From the IMG/VR virus record IMGVR_UViG_3300019458_000021, positions 1 through 64,000 of that record: DNA of 64,000 nucleotides. The stretch is one strand, 5' to 3'. The position numbers were made by a program, and so were the translations under genes. This document shows, piece after piece, positions 43,643 to 53,400 of the stretch. Below the pieces are notes generated by a model. That model was not told the DNA's origin, ran no database searches, and saw nothing but the letters and a program-made list of their open reading frames with translations. Every line of letters starts with the position of its first letter. Positions within the stretch are counted from its first letter, which is position 1.

Positions 43643-45544
43643 ATGGCTAAAGAGAAAACATACACCGCCAAGGACATTCAAGACCTGGGCGATCGGGACT
43701 ATGTTCGTCTTCGAACACAGATCTATTTCGGCAACATGCATCCGACGGCGTATCGCGTTCCAATTCTGTCGGCCACAAAGCTCGTTGTTAAAGAGATTGA
43801 ATTCATTCCAGCCGTCTACAAAGCGGTAAACGAGGTCATTGACAACAGTCTTGATGAGTTTGCGCAGATCAAATCGAAAATCAAGCTGCTAAAAATCAAC
43901 ACAAATCTCAAAGAAGGATACTACTGCGTTGAAGATAACGGTCGTGGTATTCCAATTGAGAAGAAGAAAGATCGTGAAGGTGAACTCGTATGGGTTCCTG
44001 AGTTGGTATTAGGACGTCTTCGTTCCGGTCGAAACTTCAAGACCGAAAAAGACATTGGTGTCATCGGTCAAAACGGTGTTGGAGCCGCATGTACCAACTT
44101 TTGCAGTAGTGTATTTGAAGTCGATGTGTATCGAGATAACAAACACTACTCACAACGTTTTGAAGATGGTGCTGCAACTGTTGAACCAGCAAAGATGAAG
44201 AGTGTTGTTGCACAAAGCACAGGAACAACCGTTGCATTCACACTCGATCCGAAAGTGTTCAAGGATATTCAGCTACCAGAGCGATTGATTACCAACCGTA
44301 TTCACGAAATTGCTCTTACCAATCCCGATGTGACGATCGAATACAAAGGCGAGCGCATTCGTTACAAACGAGGGTTCGCGGAATACGTTGAGAAGCTAAA
44401 CGGATCGCATTCTGTATTCACAATTGACACACCCAACGTTCAAGGTGAAGTCTACCTGCTTTTCGATGTCAATAAAGATGAATCCGAAGAGATGTTCACA
44501 TGGGTTAACAGTTCTTTGCTATTCGACGGCGGCAAGTGCAATACACAGTTCCTTAACGCGTTTTTTGAGAAAGCGATTGTAGCACTTGGGTCTGAGGCAA
44601 AGAAACGCAAGTGTGAAGTCACTCGCAATGATGTCCGAGAAGGGTTGTTGATTTTATGCAACCTAAAAATGAAGAACCCTGAATACGACAGCCAGGCCAA
44701 AACTCGACTGACCGCTCCTGATCTTCGGAAAGACTTCGTTGAAGCTATCGAAAAACAGTGGAAAGCGTTTGCCAAGAAGAATGACACTTGGTTGAATGCA
44801 CTGCTGGCGCGCGCCGAACGTCGGCATAAATTTCAAGAAGACTCAAAAGCGATTGAAGAACACGAACTGAACAAAAAACGCAAACGTGTAGCTGGTCTCC
44901 TCGATGCAACAGGTCGCATTCGTTCAAACTGTCAGATTCTCATCACGGAAGGTGAGAGCGCACAGGGACAGATTAGCGAAGCGCGTGATCCAACAACGAC
45001 AGCTGCGTTTGCACTGACAGGCAAGATCAACAATGTATATGGCAACACGGCCGCCCAAGTATTGAAGATGGGCAAATTGACTGATCTGTTAGCTGCAATT
45101 GGTCTTACTCCGGGGAAGAAAGCAATTCGAAGTCACCTCAACTATGGTAAGATCGTCATTGCAACAGATGCCGACTACGATGGTGATGATATCTTCACAC
45201 TGCTTGTAAACTTGTTCTATCAGTTCTGGCCAGAACTGTTCGACAAGCACTATACGCCGTTTGTTTACAGACTCGTGGCTCCCAACGTAGTCGTGTCAAA
45301 AAGCGGAAAACGGATTCATTTCACCCGGCGCTCTGAGTTTGAGAAGGTTAAGGATAAGTATAAGGGATGGACAGTTGAGTATATGAAGGGATTAGGTTCG
45401 ATGTGGAAGGAAGACTGGGAGATGGTTCTCACAGGCGAAACCGATACATTGGTGCCCATCATCGATGATGGGAATATCAGCAGCACTCTCACTTTGTTGT
45501 TTGGCGAAAATGCCGATGCGCGAAAAGAATGGTTGTCAAAGTAA
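43643..45544 (+). CDS. Type II topoisomerase large subunit (gp39/60-like)
   Basis: EVIDNSLDE, DNGRGIP, GQNGVG, TEGESA, TDADYDG, YMKGLG. Confidence 0.95.
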   Translation: MAKEKTYTAKDIQDLGDRDYVRLRTQIYFGNMHPTAYRVPILSATKLVVKEIEFIPAVYKAVNEVIDNSLDEFAQIKSKIKLLKINTNLKEGYYCVEDNGRGIPIEKKKDREGELVWVPELVLGRLRSGRNFKTEKDIGVIGQNGVGAACTNFCSSVFEVDVYRDNKHYSQRFEDGAATVEPAKMKSVVAQSTGTTVAFTLDPKVFKDIQLPERLITNRIHEIALTNPDVTIEYKGERIRYKRGFAEYVEKLNGSHSVFTIDTPNVQGEVYLLFDVNKDESEEMFTWVNSSLLFDGGKCNTQFLNAFFEKAIVALGSEAKKRKCEVTRNDVREGLLILCNLKMKNPEYDSQAKTRLTAPDLRKDFVEAIEKQWKAFAKKNDTWLNALLARAERRHKFQEDSKAIEEHELNKKRKRVAGLLDATGRIRSNCQILITEGESAQGQISEARDPTTTAAFALTGKINNVYGNTAAQVLKMGKLTDLLAAIGLTPGKKAIRSHLNYGKIVIATDADYDGDDIFTLLVNLFYQFWPELFDKHYTPFVYRLVAPNVVVSKSGKRIHFTRRSEFEKVKDKYKGWTVEYMKGLGSMWKEDWEMVLTGETDTLVPIIDDGNISSTLTLLFGENADARKEWLSK

Positions 45545-45586
45545 CCATTCTAGGGTAAACTCCTGCCCAATCAAAGGAGAAATGAA

Positions 45587-46285
45587 ATGATAAAGCTTAC
45601 GCAGGACGATCTGCGACAACTCTATCTGAAAGATCTGGAAATGCCAGACGTCTTTCACGGACGCACCACGCCGAAAGTTCGACGAATCGATCAGTGGAAG
45701 AAAATCCAGACAGAGCTTCTGTCAGGCCAGGACAAGCCTCGTCACGTCGATCCGCTTGGTACAACGGATGTTTGGCTGTGGAGCGATATTCACTGGGGAC
45801 ACGGTAACATTATCAAGTACTGCAACCGTCCATTTCCGGATCGAAGCCTGATGGACGCTTGTTTGATTGGCAACTATAAGAACGTTGTCAAACCACAAGA
45901 TGTCGTGATTTTTGGTGGTGATATTGGATTCCACTGTGAAAACGACATCAATCACATCCTAGCACAATTGCCAGGATACAAGATTCAGATCGTCGGCAAC
46001 CACGACGTCCATCGCGACGGTAAGGTGATGCAGTTAGCTTTCAACGAACGACACCTGTGTCTCGTGCTTGATGTTGTTGATGCAGATGTTGAGTACCAGT
46101 TGCTTTTTACCCACTATCCGATGGACAGTGTGCCAGCAGGCTGTGTCAACATTCACGGACACATCCACGACAAACTTGCAAATGCTTGGAACATTAACAT
46201 ATGCGTCGAACATACAAACTACAAGCCGAAGCACATCAAGGAAGTACTTGCTCAGGCTCGCAAGTACATCGAAGCTCACGCATAG
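45587..46285 (+). CDS. Metallophosphoesterase
   Basis: SDIHWGH, GGD, GNHD, THYP, HGHIH. Confidence 0.9.
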   Translation: MIKLTQDDLRQLYLKDLEMPDVFHGRTTPKVRRIDQWKKIQTELLSGQDKPRHVDPLGTTDVWLWSDIHWGHGNIIKYCNRPFPDRSLMDACLIGNYKNVVKPQDVVIFGGDIGFHCENDINHILAQLPGYKIQIVGNHDVHRDGKVMQLAFNERHLCLVLDVVDADVEYQLLFTHYPMDSVPAGCVNIHGHIHDKLANAWNINICVEHTNYKPKHIKEVLAQARKYIEAHA

Positions 46286-46306
46286 TGTCGAGATAGTAGA
46301 TAAACT

Positions 46307-46660
46307 ATGACTATGACTCTTCGTGGCAATCACCGGTCGGCCCGCCATAGTGTGTCGTATAAACGTCTGATGTCTTTGTTCTATCACGTCGCCGCAGATA
46401 GAGGACAACACGTTCTATGCACGTTAGATAAGACGATTTTCACAATCAATGCCTTTACTTACAACGGGGTCCAAGTTGAACACCACGAACTCGGAGGCGC
46501 AATTCATATCAAATATCGAGATGATCGTGTGTGGTACGATCCAGAAGGTGAGAACACAATCAATATTTGCCGTCATTGGGATCCAGTAAATCGTCAGTAC
46601 TATAACACAGACCTTCGTGTCTTCCTCGACAACACAATTTTTGATCTTCTGAATGCCTAA
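46307..46660 (+). CDS. Hypothetical protein
   Basis: ORF track. Confidence 0.6.
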   Translation: MTMTLRGNHRSARHSVSYKRLMSLFYHVAADRGQHVLCTLDKTIFTINAFTYNGVQVEHHELGGAIHIKYRDDRVWYDPEGENTINICRHWDPVNRQYYNTDLRVFLDNTIFDLLNA

Positions 46661-48011
46661 GTCATCTACCTATATTGACGAACAACGTCGTCAATATTCA
46701 CTGTATGTAATGCAAATGCGGGCAATCCCCGCAGCCACCGATGGGTTGAAATCGGCTGGGCGACGTGTGTTGTGGATGGCACATGATGGTGCAAAGTATA
46801 AGAGTGCTGTGTTGGCTGGTGCTACAATGCCAATTCATCCCCACGCAAGTCCAGAAGGCGCAGTCAACACACTTGCTGCAAGATACGGGAACAACATTCC
46901 CCTGCTCACACCATACGGTATGTTTGGTACATTGTTGAAGCCAACAGACTTTGGTGCAAGTCGCTACACGTCCGTACAACTATCTAAGTTCGCAAAGGAT
47001 GTTGTGTTTCGAGACATCGAAATCGTTCCTATGCAGGAAAACTACGACGGCACACTTCATGAACCAGTCCATTTTCTACCATTAGTACCACTTGCTCTTC
47101 TAAACCCATCGGAAGGGATTGCAGTCGGATTTGCAACCAACATTCTTCCTCGAGATCTTGAGGAATTGATCGTCCAACAACTTGTGCATCTTAACGGCGG
47201 AAAGAACGCAAGAGAGCCTTTACCGAAACATATGCCGACAGCAGCTCCAAAGCCATTTCTTTCGGCGGCTGTTCGACGTGAAGAAACCGAACGCGGCATT
47301 GCCTACTATTTCAACGGCGAATACGATACTATCGATGCAACAACAATTCGCATAACAAAGCTTCCTTTTGGACTTCTTCACGAAAAGTTCCTAAACAAGC
47401 TCGACGAACTGTGTGACAGAGGAATTGCCCTTAACTATACCGACAACAGCAAGGATCAGTATGATATCGTTGTTAAGTTCAAGAAGGGTGAGATAAGTTC
47501 ACGACAAGAAGACGAAATCCTCGCTTTGCTTGGATTGACAATTCGCCATATTGAAAACCTCAATCTGGTCGACTTCAGCGGTAAGGCAATCTTGAACACC
47601 AATCCAACAGATTTTATCCGTGTTTTTACCAATTGGAGACTTGGTTGGTACGTTCAACGCTATGAACGTTTGCGAGACTTATTACAAATTGAATTACAGC
47701 GGTATTTGGACATCCGCACAGCAATCAAACATAAGGGAAACGAAACGGCCCGGAAATGCGAGAATCGAGCCGAATTCAAAGAATGGCTCGATGCGATTAG
47801 CATCGTTCACTTAGATTACATTGCCGATCTTCCTGTCTATCGCTTCACGGAAGAAGAACGACTCAAAAATGAACAACGAATTGTCGACGCAGAAGCACAG
47901 ATGAAAGAGTATCAGAGCTTGTTGTCCAGTGAACCCAAACGCCGTAAGGTTTACGTTTCGGAATTAGAAGAGGTTCTTAGAAACTATTCCAAAGGGTCCT
48001 ATAAAACATGA
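46653..48011 (+). CDS. Type II topoisomerase medium subunit (gp52-like)
   Basis: DGLK, HPH, ASRYT active site, GIAVGFAT. Confidence 0.95.
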   Translation: MPKSSTYIDEQRRQYSLYVMQMRAIPAATDGLKSAGRRVLWMAHDGAKYKSAVLAGATMPIHPHASPEGAVNTLAARYGNNIPLLTPYGMFGTLLKPTDFGASRYTSVQLSKFAKDVVFRDIEIVPMQENYDGTLHEPVHFLPLVPLALLNPSEGIAVGFATNILPRDLEELIVQQLVHLNGGKNAREPLPKHMPTAAPKPFLSAAVRREETERGIAYYFNGEYDTIDATTIRITKLPFGLLHEKFLNKLDELCDRGIALNYTDNSKDQYDIVVKFKKGEISSRQEDEILALLGLTIRHIENLNLVDFSGKAILNTNPTDFIRVFTNWRLGWYVQRYERLRDLLQIELQRYLDIRTAIKHKGNETARKCENRAEFKEWLDAISIVHLDYIADLPVYRFTEEERLKNEQRIVDAEAQMKEYQSLLSSEPKRRKVYVSELEEVLRNYSKGSYKT

Positions 48012-49015
48012 GCAATGATGTTGCTACCGACATTGCCGAATTTGCGGCTGAAGTCGGAAAAAGCGTTTCGCGCAAACGTCCTCGGGCGGAAGAGCTCACC
48101 TCAACACCACCATCTGCTGGTGTTGAGGTGAGCTCTTCTGCCAAAGAGATGTGGGCGATCTATGGCGGTCACATGTACTCTGCTTGCGAAGCAGCAGTCG
48201 GATCCTTGCCGCCTGGTCAATACACAATTGAGCACAACAACCAAATCGGTATCTACTTCAACCTCCATCACGTCAATCTAGATGATCTTGTCCACTTACC
48301 CGATTCAGTTTCGGATGCTGTGATTAGAGAGATCCGTACATTCTGGACGAAGGAAGAACATTTCCGCAAGTTTGGATTTCTGTGGAAGCGAGGTGTTCTG
48401 TTGTTTGGTCCTCCAGGCAGCGGAAAAACCTCTACACTTCAGGTCGTCGCGAAAGAAGTGATCGACTCTGGTGGTGTTGCTGTATACGTCAGCAATCCAC
48501 GACTTGCCTCACTAGGATTGAAAATCATGCGAGAGGTTGAGCCATCACGCCCAATCGTTGTGATGCTCGAAGATGTTGACGCAATCGTTGAAGAATATGG
48601 AGAGGCAGAATTACTCGCGGTAATGGACGGTGAATTACAGATTGACAATGTCGTGTTCATCGCTACAACAAACTATCTCAGCCGTCTTGATCCTCGTTTC
48701 GTGTGCCGGCCAAGCCGGTTTGATATCGTTCGTAAGATCGACTATCCAAATGAAAGCGCAAGACGAGTTTATCTTACAAGTAAGAATAAACGTCTTGCAA
48801 CAGAAGAACGCGCTGAGGAACTAAAACAGTGGGTTGGAGCAACAAAAGGGTTCTCTGTTGCACACCTCAAAGAATTGATCGTGTCTATCGAAGTGTTTGA
48901 GGTTCCATTTAAGGATGCTGTTGAGCGCCTAAGGGAACTCACGAAGGTTCCGACCGACACAGACAACTTCAAGAAGAAGGTTGGTTTTACCAACACTGAT
49001 AATGATGGAGATTAG
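48008..49015 (+). CDS. AAA+ ATPase
   Basis: GPPGSGKT, LEDVD, TTN, RPSRFD. Confidence 0.92.
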   Translation: MSNDVATDIAEFAAEVGKSVSRKRPRAEELTSTPPSAGVEVSSSAKEMWAIYGGHMYSACEAAVGSLPPGQYTIEHNNQIGIYFNLHHVNLDDLVHLPDSVSDAVIREIRTFWTKEEHFRKFGFLWKRGVLLFGPPGSGKTSTLQVVAKEVIDSGGVAVYVSNPRLASLGLKIMREVEPSRPIVVMLEDVDAIVEEYGEAELLAVMDGELQIDNVVFIATTNYLSRLDPRFVCRPSRFDIVRKIDYPNESARRVYLTSKNKRLATEERAEELKQWVGATKGFSVAHLKELIVSIEVFEVPFKDAVERLRELTKVPTDTDNFKKKVGFTNTDNDGD

Positions 49016-49273
49016 TTGGACATGAGTAAGCATCACGTCTCAGACACTCACTCTCGAGTGTTGAATGACGTTCGTCGCTTATCGCACGAACAGCTCGTAG
49101 AGTTGTATGGTATCGACATTGATAATGATGGTTCTGTATTTGATCCGACAGAGAACCAACAATTCGATACACTTGAGGATTGGGCCAGGTTCATTTCTGA
49201 ACGAGATAGTGATGACAACTACGGCTCATTCGTCAAGCGCGGCGGTAAACATCGCTACGACGACGAATACTAA
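49016..49273 (+). CDS. Hypothetical protein
   Basis: ORF track. Confidence 0.65.
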   Translation: MDMSKHHVSDTHSRVLNDVRRLSHEQLVELYGIDIDNDGSVFDPTENQQFDTLEDWARFISERDSDDNYGSFVKRGGKHRYDDEY

Positions 49274-49662
49274 GAGAAGAATTTCAACGGAGCGGTAAAC
49301 TTGTAAGGCTCGACGTGCGTCCAGCCTTTCATGATCAAATCATTTGACATCACCGGTTTCTTCCCTTTGGAACGATCTAAAGACCAAGTGATGTGGTATG
49401 TCTTGCCATCTTCACGACGTTTGGAACCATTTACAGAGACAACTAACGCTTCTAAACCGTCTTCCTCAGCATAACCAACAACGTTGATCATTGCATGTGG
49501 GATCATCAAGTCACCAGGATTTTCAACACCGAACTGTTGCGTGATATGATGACCAATGAAGTCCGGATACTTTGGTGGAAAACGTCGAGCAAGTTCGCAG
49601 CGAACTTGCTCGGGTACTTCATAGGCCATGTATCCAGTTCGTTGCATTTGGGTTAGCTTCAT
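49270..49662 (-). CDS. 2H phosphoesterase family protein
   Basis: GHHITQQF and TYHITWS motifs. Confidence 0.75.
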   Translation of the reverse strand: MKLTQMQRTGYMAYEVPEQVRCELARRFPPKYPDFIGHHITQQFGVENPGDLMIPHAMINVVGYAEEDGLEALVVSVNGSKRREDGKTYHITWSLDRSKGKKPVMSNDLIMKGWTHVEPYKFTAPLKFFS

Positions 49663-50195
49663 AAGCCAAGCTCCTTCAACTGCCGGATTGTGTTAGCGGT
49701 GGATGTATGGAGAATAGGAATACCGCCTTGTTGCTTCCAAGGATCCAACGCTTTCATTTTGTCGTCGATCAAGATTCGGTTCGGACCAGCCATCTGTGAC
49801 TTGTCAGCCGCACGACGAACAAGATTAACAACAACGTTCGCACCGAGATGTCGTTTGACCCACTCACGCTTTTCTGGTTCAGGTGCACCAACGACGCCAG
49901 TTGCTGAAAGAATCTGCGGATTGTACTTCTGCAAGTAGGACCACAATTCATGTGCATCGGGCATCGGTTCCATTGTACCCCAAAACGGAATACCAAGCTT
50001 CGCGCGACCACCAACACGACCCCACAATTCACGATCCAGTTTCTTGTTGCGCATTGGATGAGCATCGTCCTCCCATCCAGGAACCCACTCTTTTGCTTTC
50101 TTTACGAAGTCGACAAGAACACCGTCCAAGTCGACAAAAATCTCTACCGGTCGACCGGCCTGCTGACCATCCATTATGACCTCATCTAGTCTCAT
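49659..50195 (-). CDS. HAD-family 5'(3')-deoxyribonucleotidase-like protein
   Basis: FVDLDGVLVDF, ILIDD; start moved to MRLDEV. Confidence 0.85.
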   Translation of the reverse strand: MRLDEVIMDGQQAGRPVEIFVDLDGVLVDFVKKAKEWVPGWEDDAHPMRNKKLDRELWGRVGGRAKLGIPFWGTMEPMPDAHELWSYLQKYNPQILSATGVVGAPEPEKREWVKRHLGANVVVNLVRRAADKSQMAGPNRILIDDKMKALDPWKQQGGIPILHTSTANTIRQLKELGL

Positions 50196-50196
50196 T

Positions 50197-50421
50197 TCAT
50201 CCACCATCAAACCATTCTGATCCATGCACGGTGTTTTTGAAGCCTTCATGCCATGCACGATATTGTTCTGAGTGCTCCTCATATTCACATGTTGGCATTG
50301 CTTTGCCTTTATGTTGACCGTGCGTGTCAAGGAACAGCTGGGCAGCAGTGCAGCCTTTTTCATATGCTGCAGTGTGGGTAACGCCGCTGTTCTTTTCGTT
50401 TAGAAGTTCGTCAATTTTCAT
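50197..50421 (-). CDS. Hypothetical protein
   Basis: ORF track. Confidence 0.65.
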   Translation of the reverse strand: MKIDELLNEKNSGVTHTAAYEKGCTAAQLFLDTHGQHKGKAMPTCEYEEHSEQYRAWHEGFKNTVHGSEWFDGG

Positions 50422-50457
50422 GATTTGTATTTATCTTACCCTGTTTTCAAACAACTA

Positions 50458-53400
50458 TCAACCGCACTTGCTCGATCCACAGTTTGTGCACTTGTGGCAC
50501 CCTTCGCTGTAGACAACCAACGTCGATCCACAATCACCACACGTTACACCTTCCGCAGCTTCGCCGTCCTTGATGAACGATGACAGGTACTTCTTGATCT
50601 GGAACAAGAACGTTCCTACAAATACATCTTGGACTCGGTCGAGGGCAGCAACAATGTTTTTGATCAACACTCCATGACGAAGATTCAGACTGATCATACG
50701 AGCAACCTTTGTTGTGTTGTTGTCGACCGCAATCTTCTCGAGCGTCTCGTCGATGTGCTTCTTAGGAATCCCCTTGCTGCAGGCGAGCGCTGTCAGCACT
50801 TCAACAGCATCGTTTGACGTTACGGTTTTCTCATAGCTGTTCGTATGCACGAAGAATCCAAACGGTCGCAGCTTCTGATCATCCCACCAAAGAACGGTCA
50901 GGTACCACTTACGTCCTTCAGCCTTCAACGTCTTCATTGTCGCCGGAGCTGAATCAGGAAGCTTAACGTCTTCAAGGATGATCTCTTCATCGGCATCGGT
51001 TGCTGTTTTCTCGTCTTTGGCGCCAAGAACCGTCGTCATCGTACCGGCGCGATAGGTTGTAACACCTTTAACATATCCTGATGCAAACGCATCTGTGTAA
51101 ATCGACTTGAATTGCTCGAACGGATATTCGTTTGGAACATTGACCGTGTTATGGGAAACAATACCGTTGATGAGATAGCTATGTGTATCTTCCACTTCAA
51201 TATCGTACACATTTTTCAAACCTGCGCTCCGGATATCCGTAACCACAACGCTCGTGAGATGTCGATCAAATTTGAGGCCTGTTTTTTCTATAAACGACAT
51301 TCTAACAAAATTGCCTCTTTGTTGACACTTTCGCAATCTCGCTCTAACCATGCTGCCATATGTATTGCTTGGTTGTTGGGCAATCAATTGTTCAAACACA
51401 TCGTTTGAAATATAAGTTTGTTTCTGTGTTTTGCCCTGCACTGTATATATCATCTTGTGGTCTTCAATAGGTACAATCGTATCCATGTCTTCTAACCAAG
51501 CCGTAACACCATATGTTGTTTTTCCTTCTCCAACATTTCTTGTACAGAGGGAATACTGAACACCCATTGAAGATAACATGTGTGTCACTTTTTCTGCAAC
51601 ATCTTTGGCATACCCATCAAACACAACCAACGAGGCACCATACTCGTTTGTTTTCAAATAGCCATCAAGAGTTAGCCCTTCAATGAAAGCCTTCCAGATT
51701 GAAACCGGGGAATCCAACAGCCATTGAGGGAGATGTTTATTGGCAGCACCGTGTCCAAACTCTTGCTTAAACCAGCGAGCAATCGAATTCGAATGCACAT
51801 AGTGCGTATTGACGCCCCACCTGTCGTCAGTCTGAACATGATGGGTATTAAACAATTGCAGCATCAAACGTTCGCACAGAGCGGATACTTTTTCATTCTT
51901 TTCACAAATTGCAATAGAATGATCGGTCAAGCTTCCATCCGCCACCCACATTCCAAGTAGTAAAGCAAAATCTTCATCGACAACTTGCGGGAACTTCCTA
52001 TGCTTTGCGTTGGCTGCAAATGTTGGTTGAGGAGGGGATACGTAACCTCTCTCGACGACAAATGCGTTTGTGCGATAAAACACCTTGTCTCCAACTTCAA
52101 TATCGTCGAGTGATTTCCATCCCGTAGCACATTTTAGCTTATGGGTATAAGCGGCGGTTATCTCAAATCCGTTGTCAAAACGGACAGTAGCGCAAGGTTT
52201 GACGCCGCCAAAATAATGACGTGTTATTGCCTTTTCCTGACCATTTTCATCAAGAACAGTGAAAGAATCACACGGCACAACAAATCCTTCTTGCGATGGG
52301 TTGTGAATACCCAATGCTTCAACAGGTTTTAATCCCTTGTTTGTCGAAATTAGTGTACCCTCTGCCACACATTTCGACATTGCACTGTCAACCCACCTGG
52401 CGAATCCCTTTAGATCGTTCACATGATCTTTCACATTCAAACTTAGTGCTGTGGCGGCCCAGGAAGCGTTCGAATTCCACTGCTTCTTGCGTTTCATAAC
52501 ACGAACACCGTAATCTTCGCACAAAACTTCCTTTGTTAAACCACGATTCTTATCTATCTTGTAAACGAGTCCATCAGGAGCAACACCACGAAGAATCTCT
52601 TCATCGCCTTCTTTAGTGAACTTAAACATCGACGTTTCGTGCCACGCTCCTTCAAACCATTTAGGTGTGACATCCGCAATGTATTCGGGCATTGTACCAA
52701 CAATCACCGTACGAACGTACTCGTGCAAGAACACCGGTTCAAGTCCACCCGAAACAACATTGGCAAAGATCGACGTGTTACCTGTTGGTTGAATTGAGAG
52801 AAGAGAACTGTTCCGAATACCGTAATTGTTAAGTTTCTCCCAGTATTCCTGTGGAAGATCGAGACTACGAATAAACACGCCTTGCATGTGCTTGTCTGGA
52901 TCACACAAAGAGAACATTCCTTTCTCTTGTGCAAGATCAATTGAAGCCATGTATGCTGACTGTGCAACCGTCCTCATGACTTCATCGCGATACCGATCGG
53001 CGTTCTTGCTTGCGAATTTTGTTTTCAGCATGTAAAGGGCTGATCCCCAGCCAAGAATACCAACACCGATCCGACGTTTGTTCTGAATACTCCACTCATA
53101 TTCTGAAAGAGGAGCCTTCGTGAGATCGTTGATGTTATCGAGGAATCGAACCATGTAGCCTGTGTACTGCGCAATTTTTGCAAGATCAAACCCATCCTCG
53201 ATCACGAACTGTGTAAGGTTAAGCGATCCAAGATTACACACACCGCCAGGAGCAAGTGTTTGTTCACCACATTGTAAATTGTTGATATATGTCCATTTTT
53301 TCTTTCCATTTCTTGTTTGAGTCTCTTGAATACAAACAAAGAAGTTATGGAAGTTATCTACAGTTCCGTTATAAACATTCTGTTTCCCAACATACCTGAC

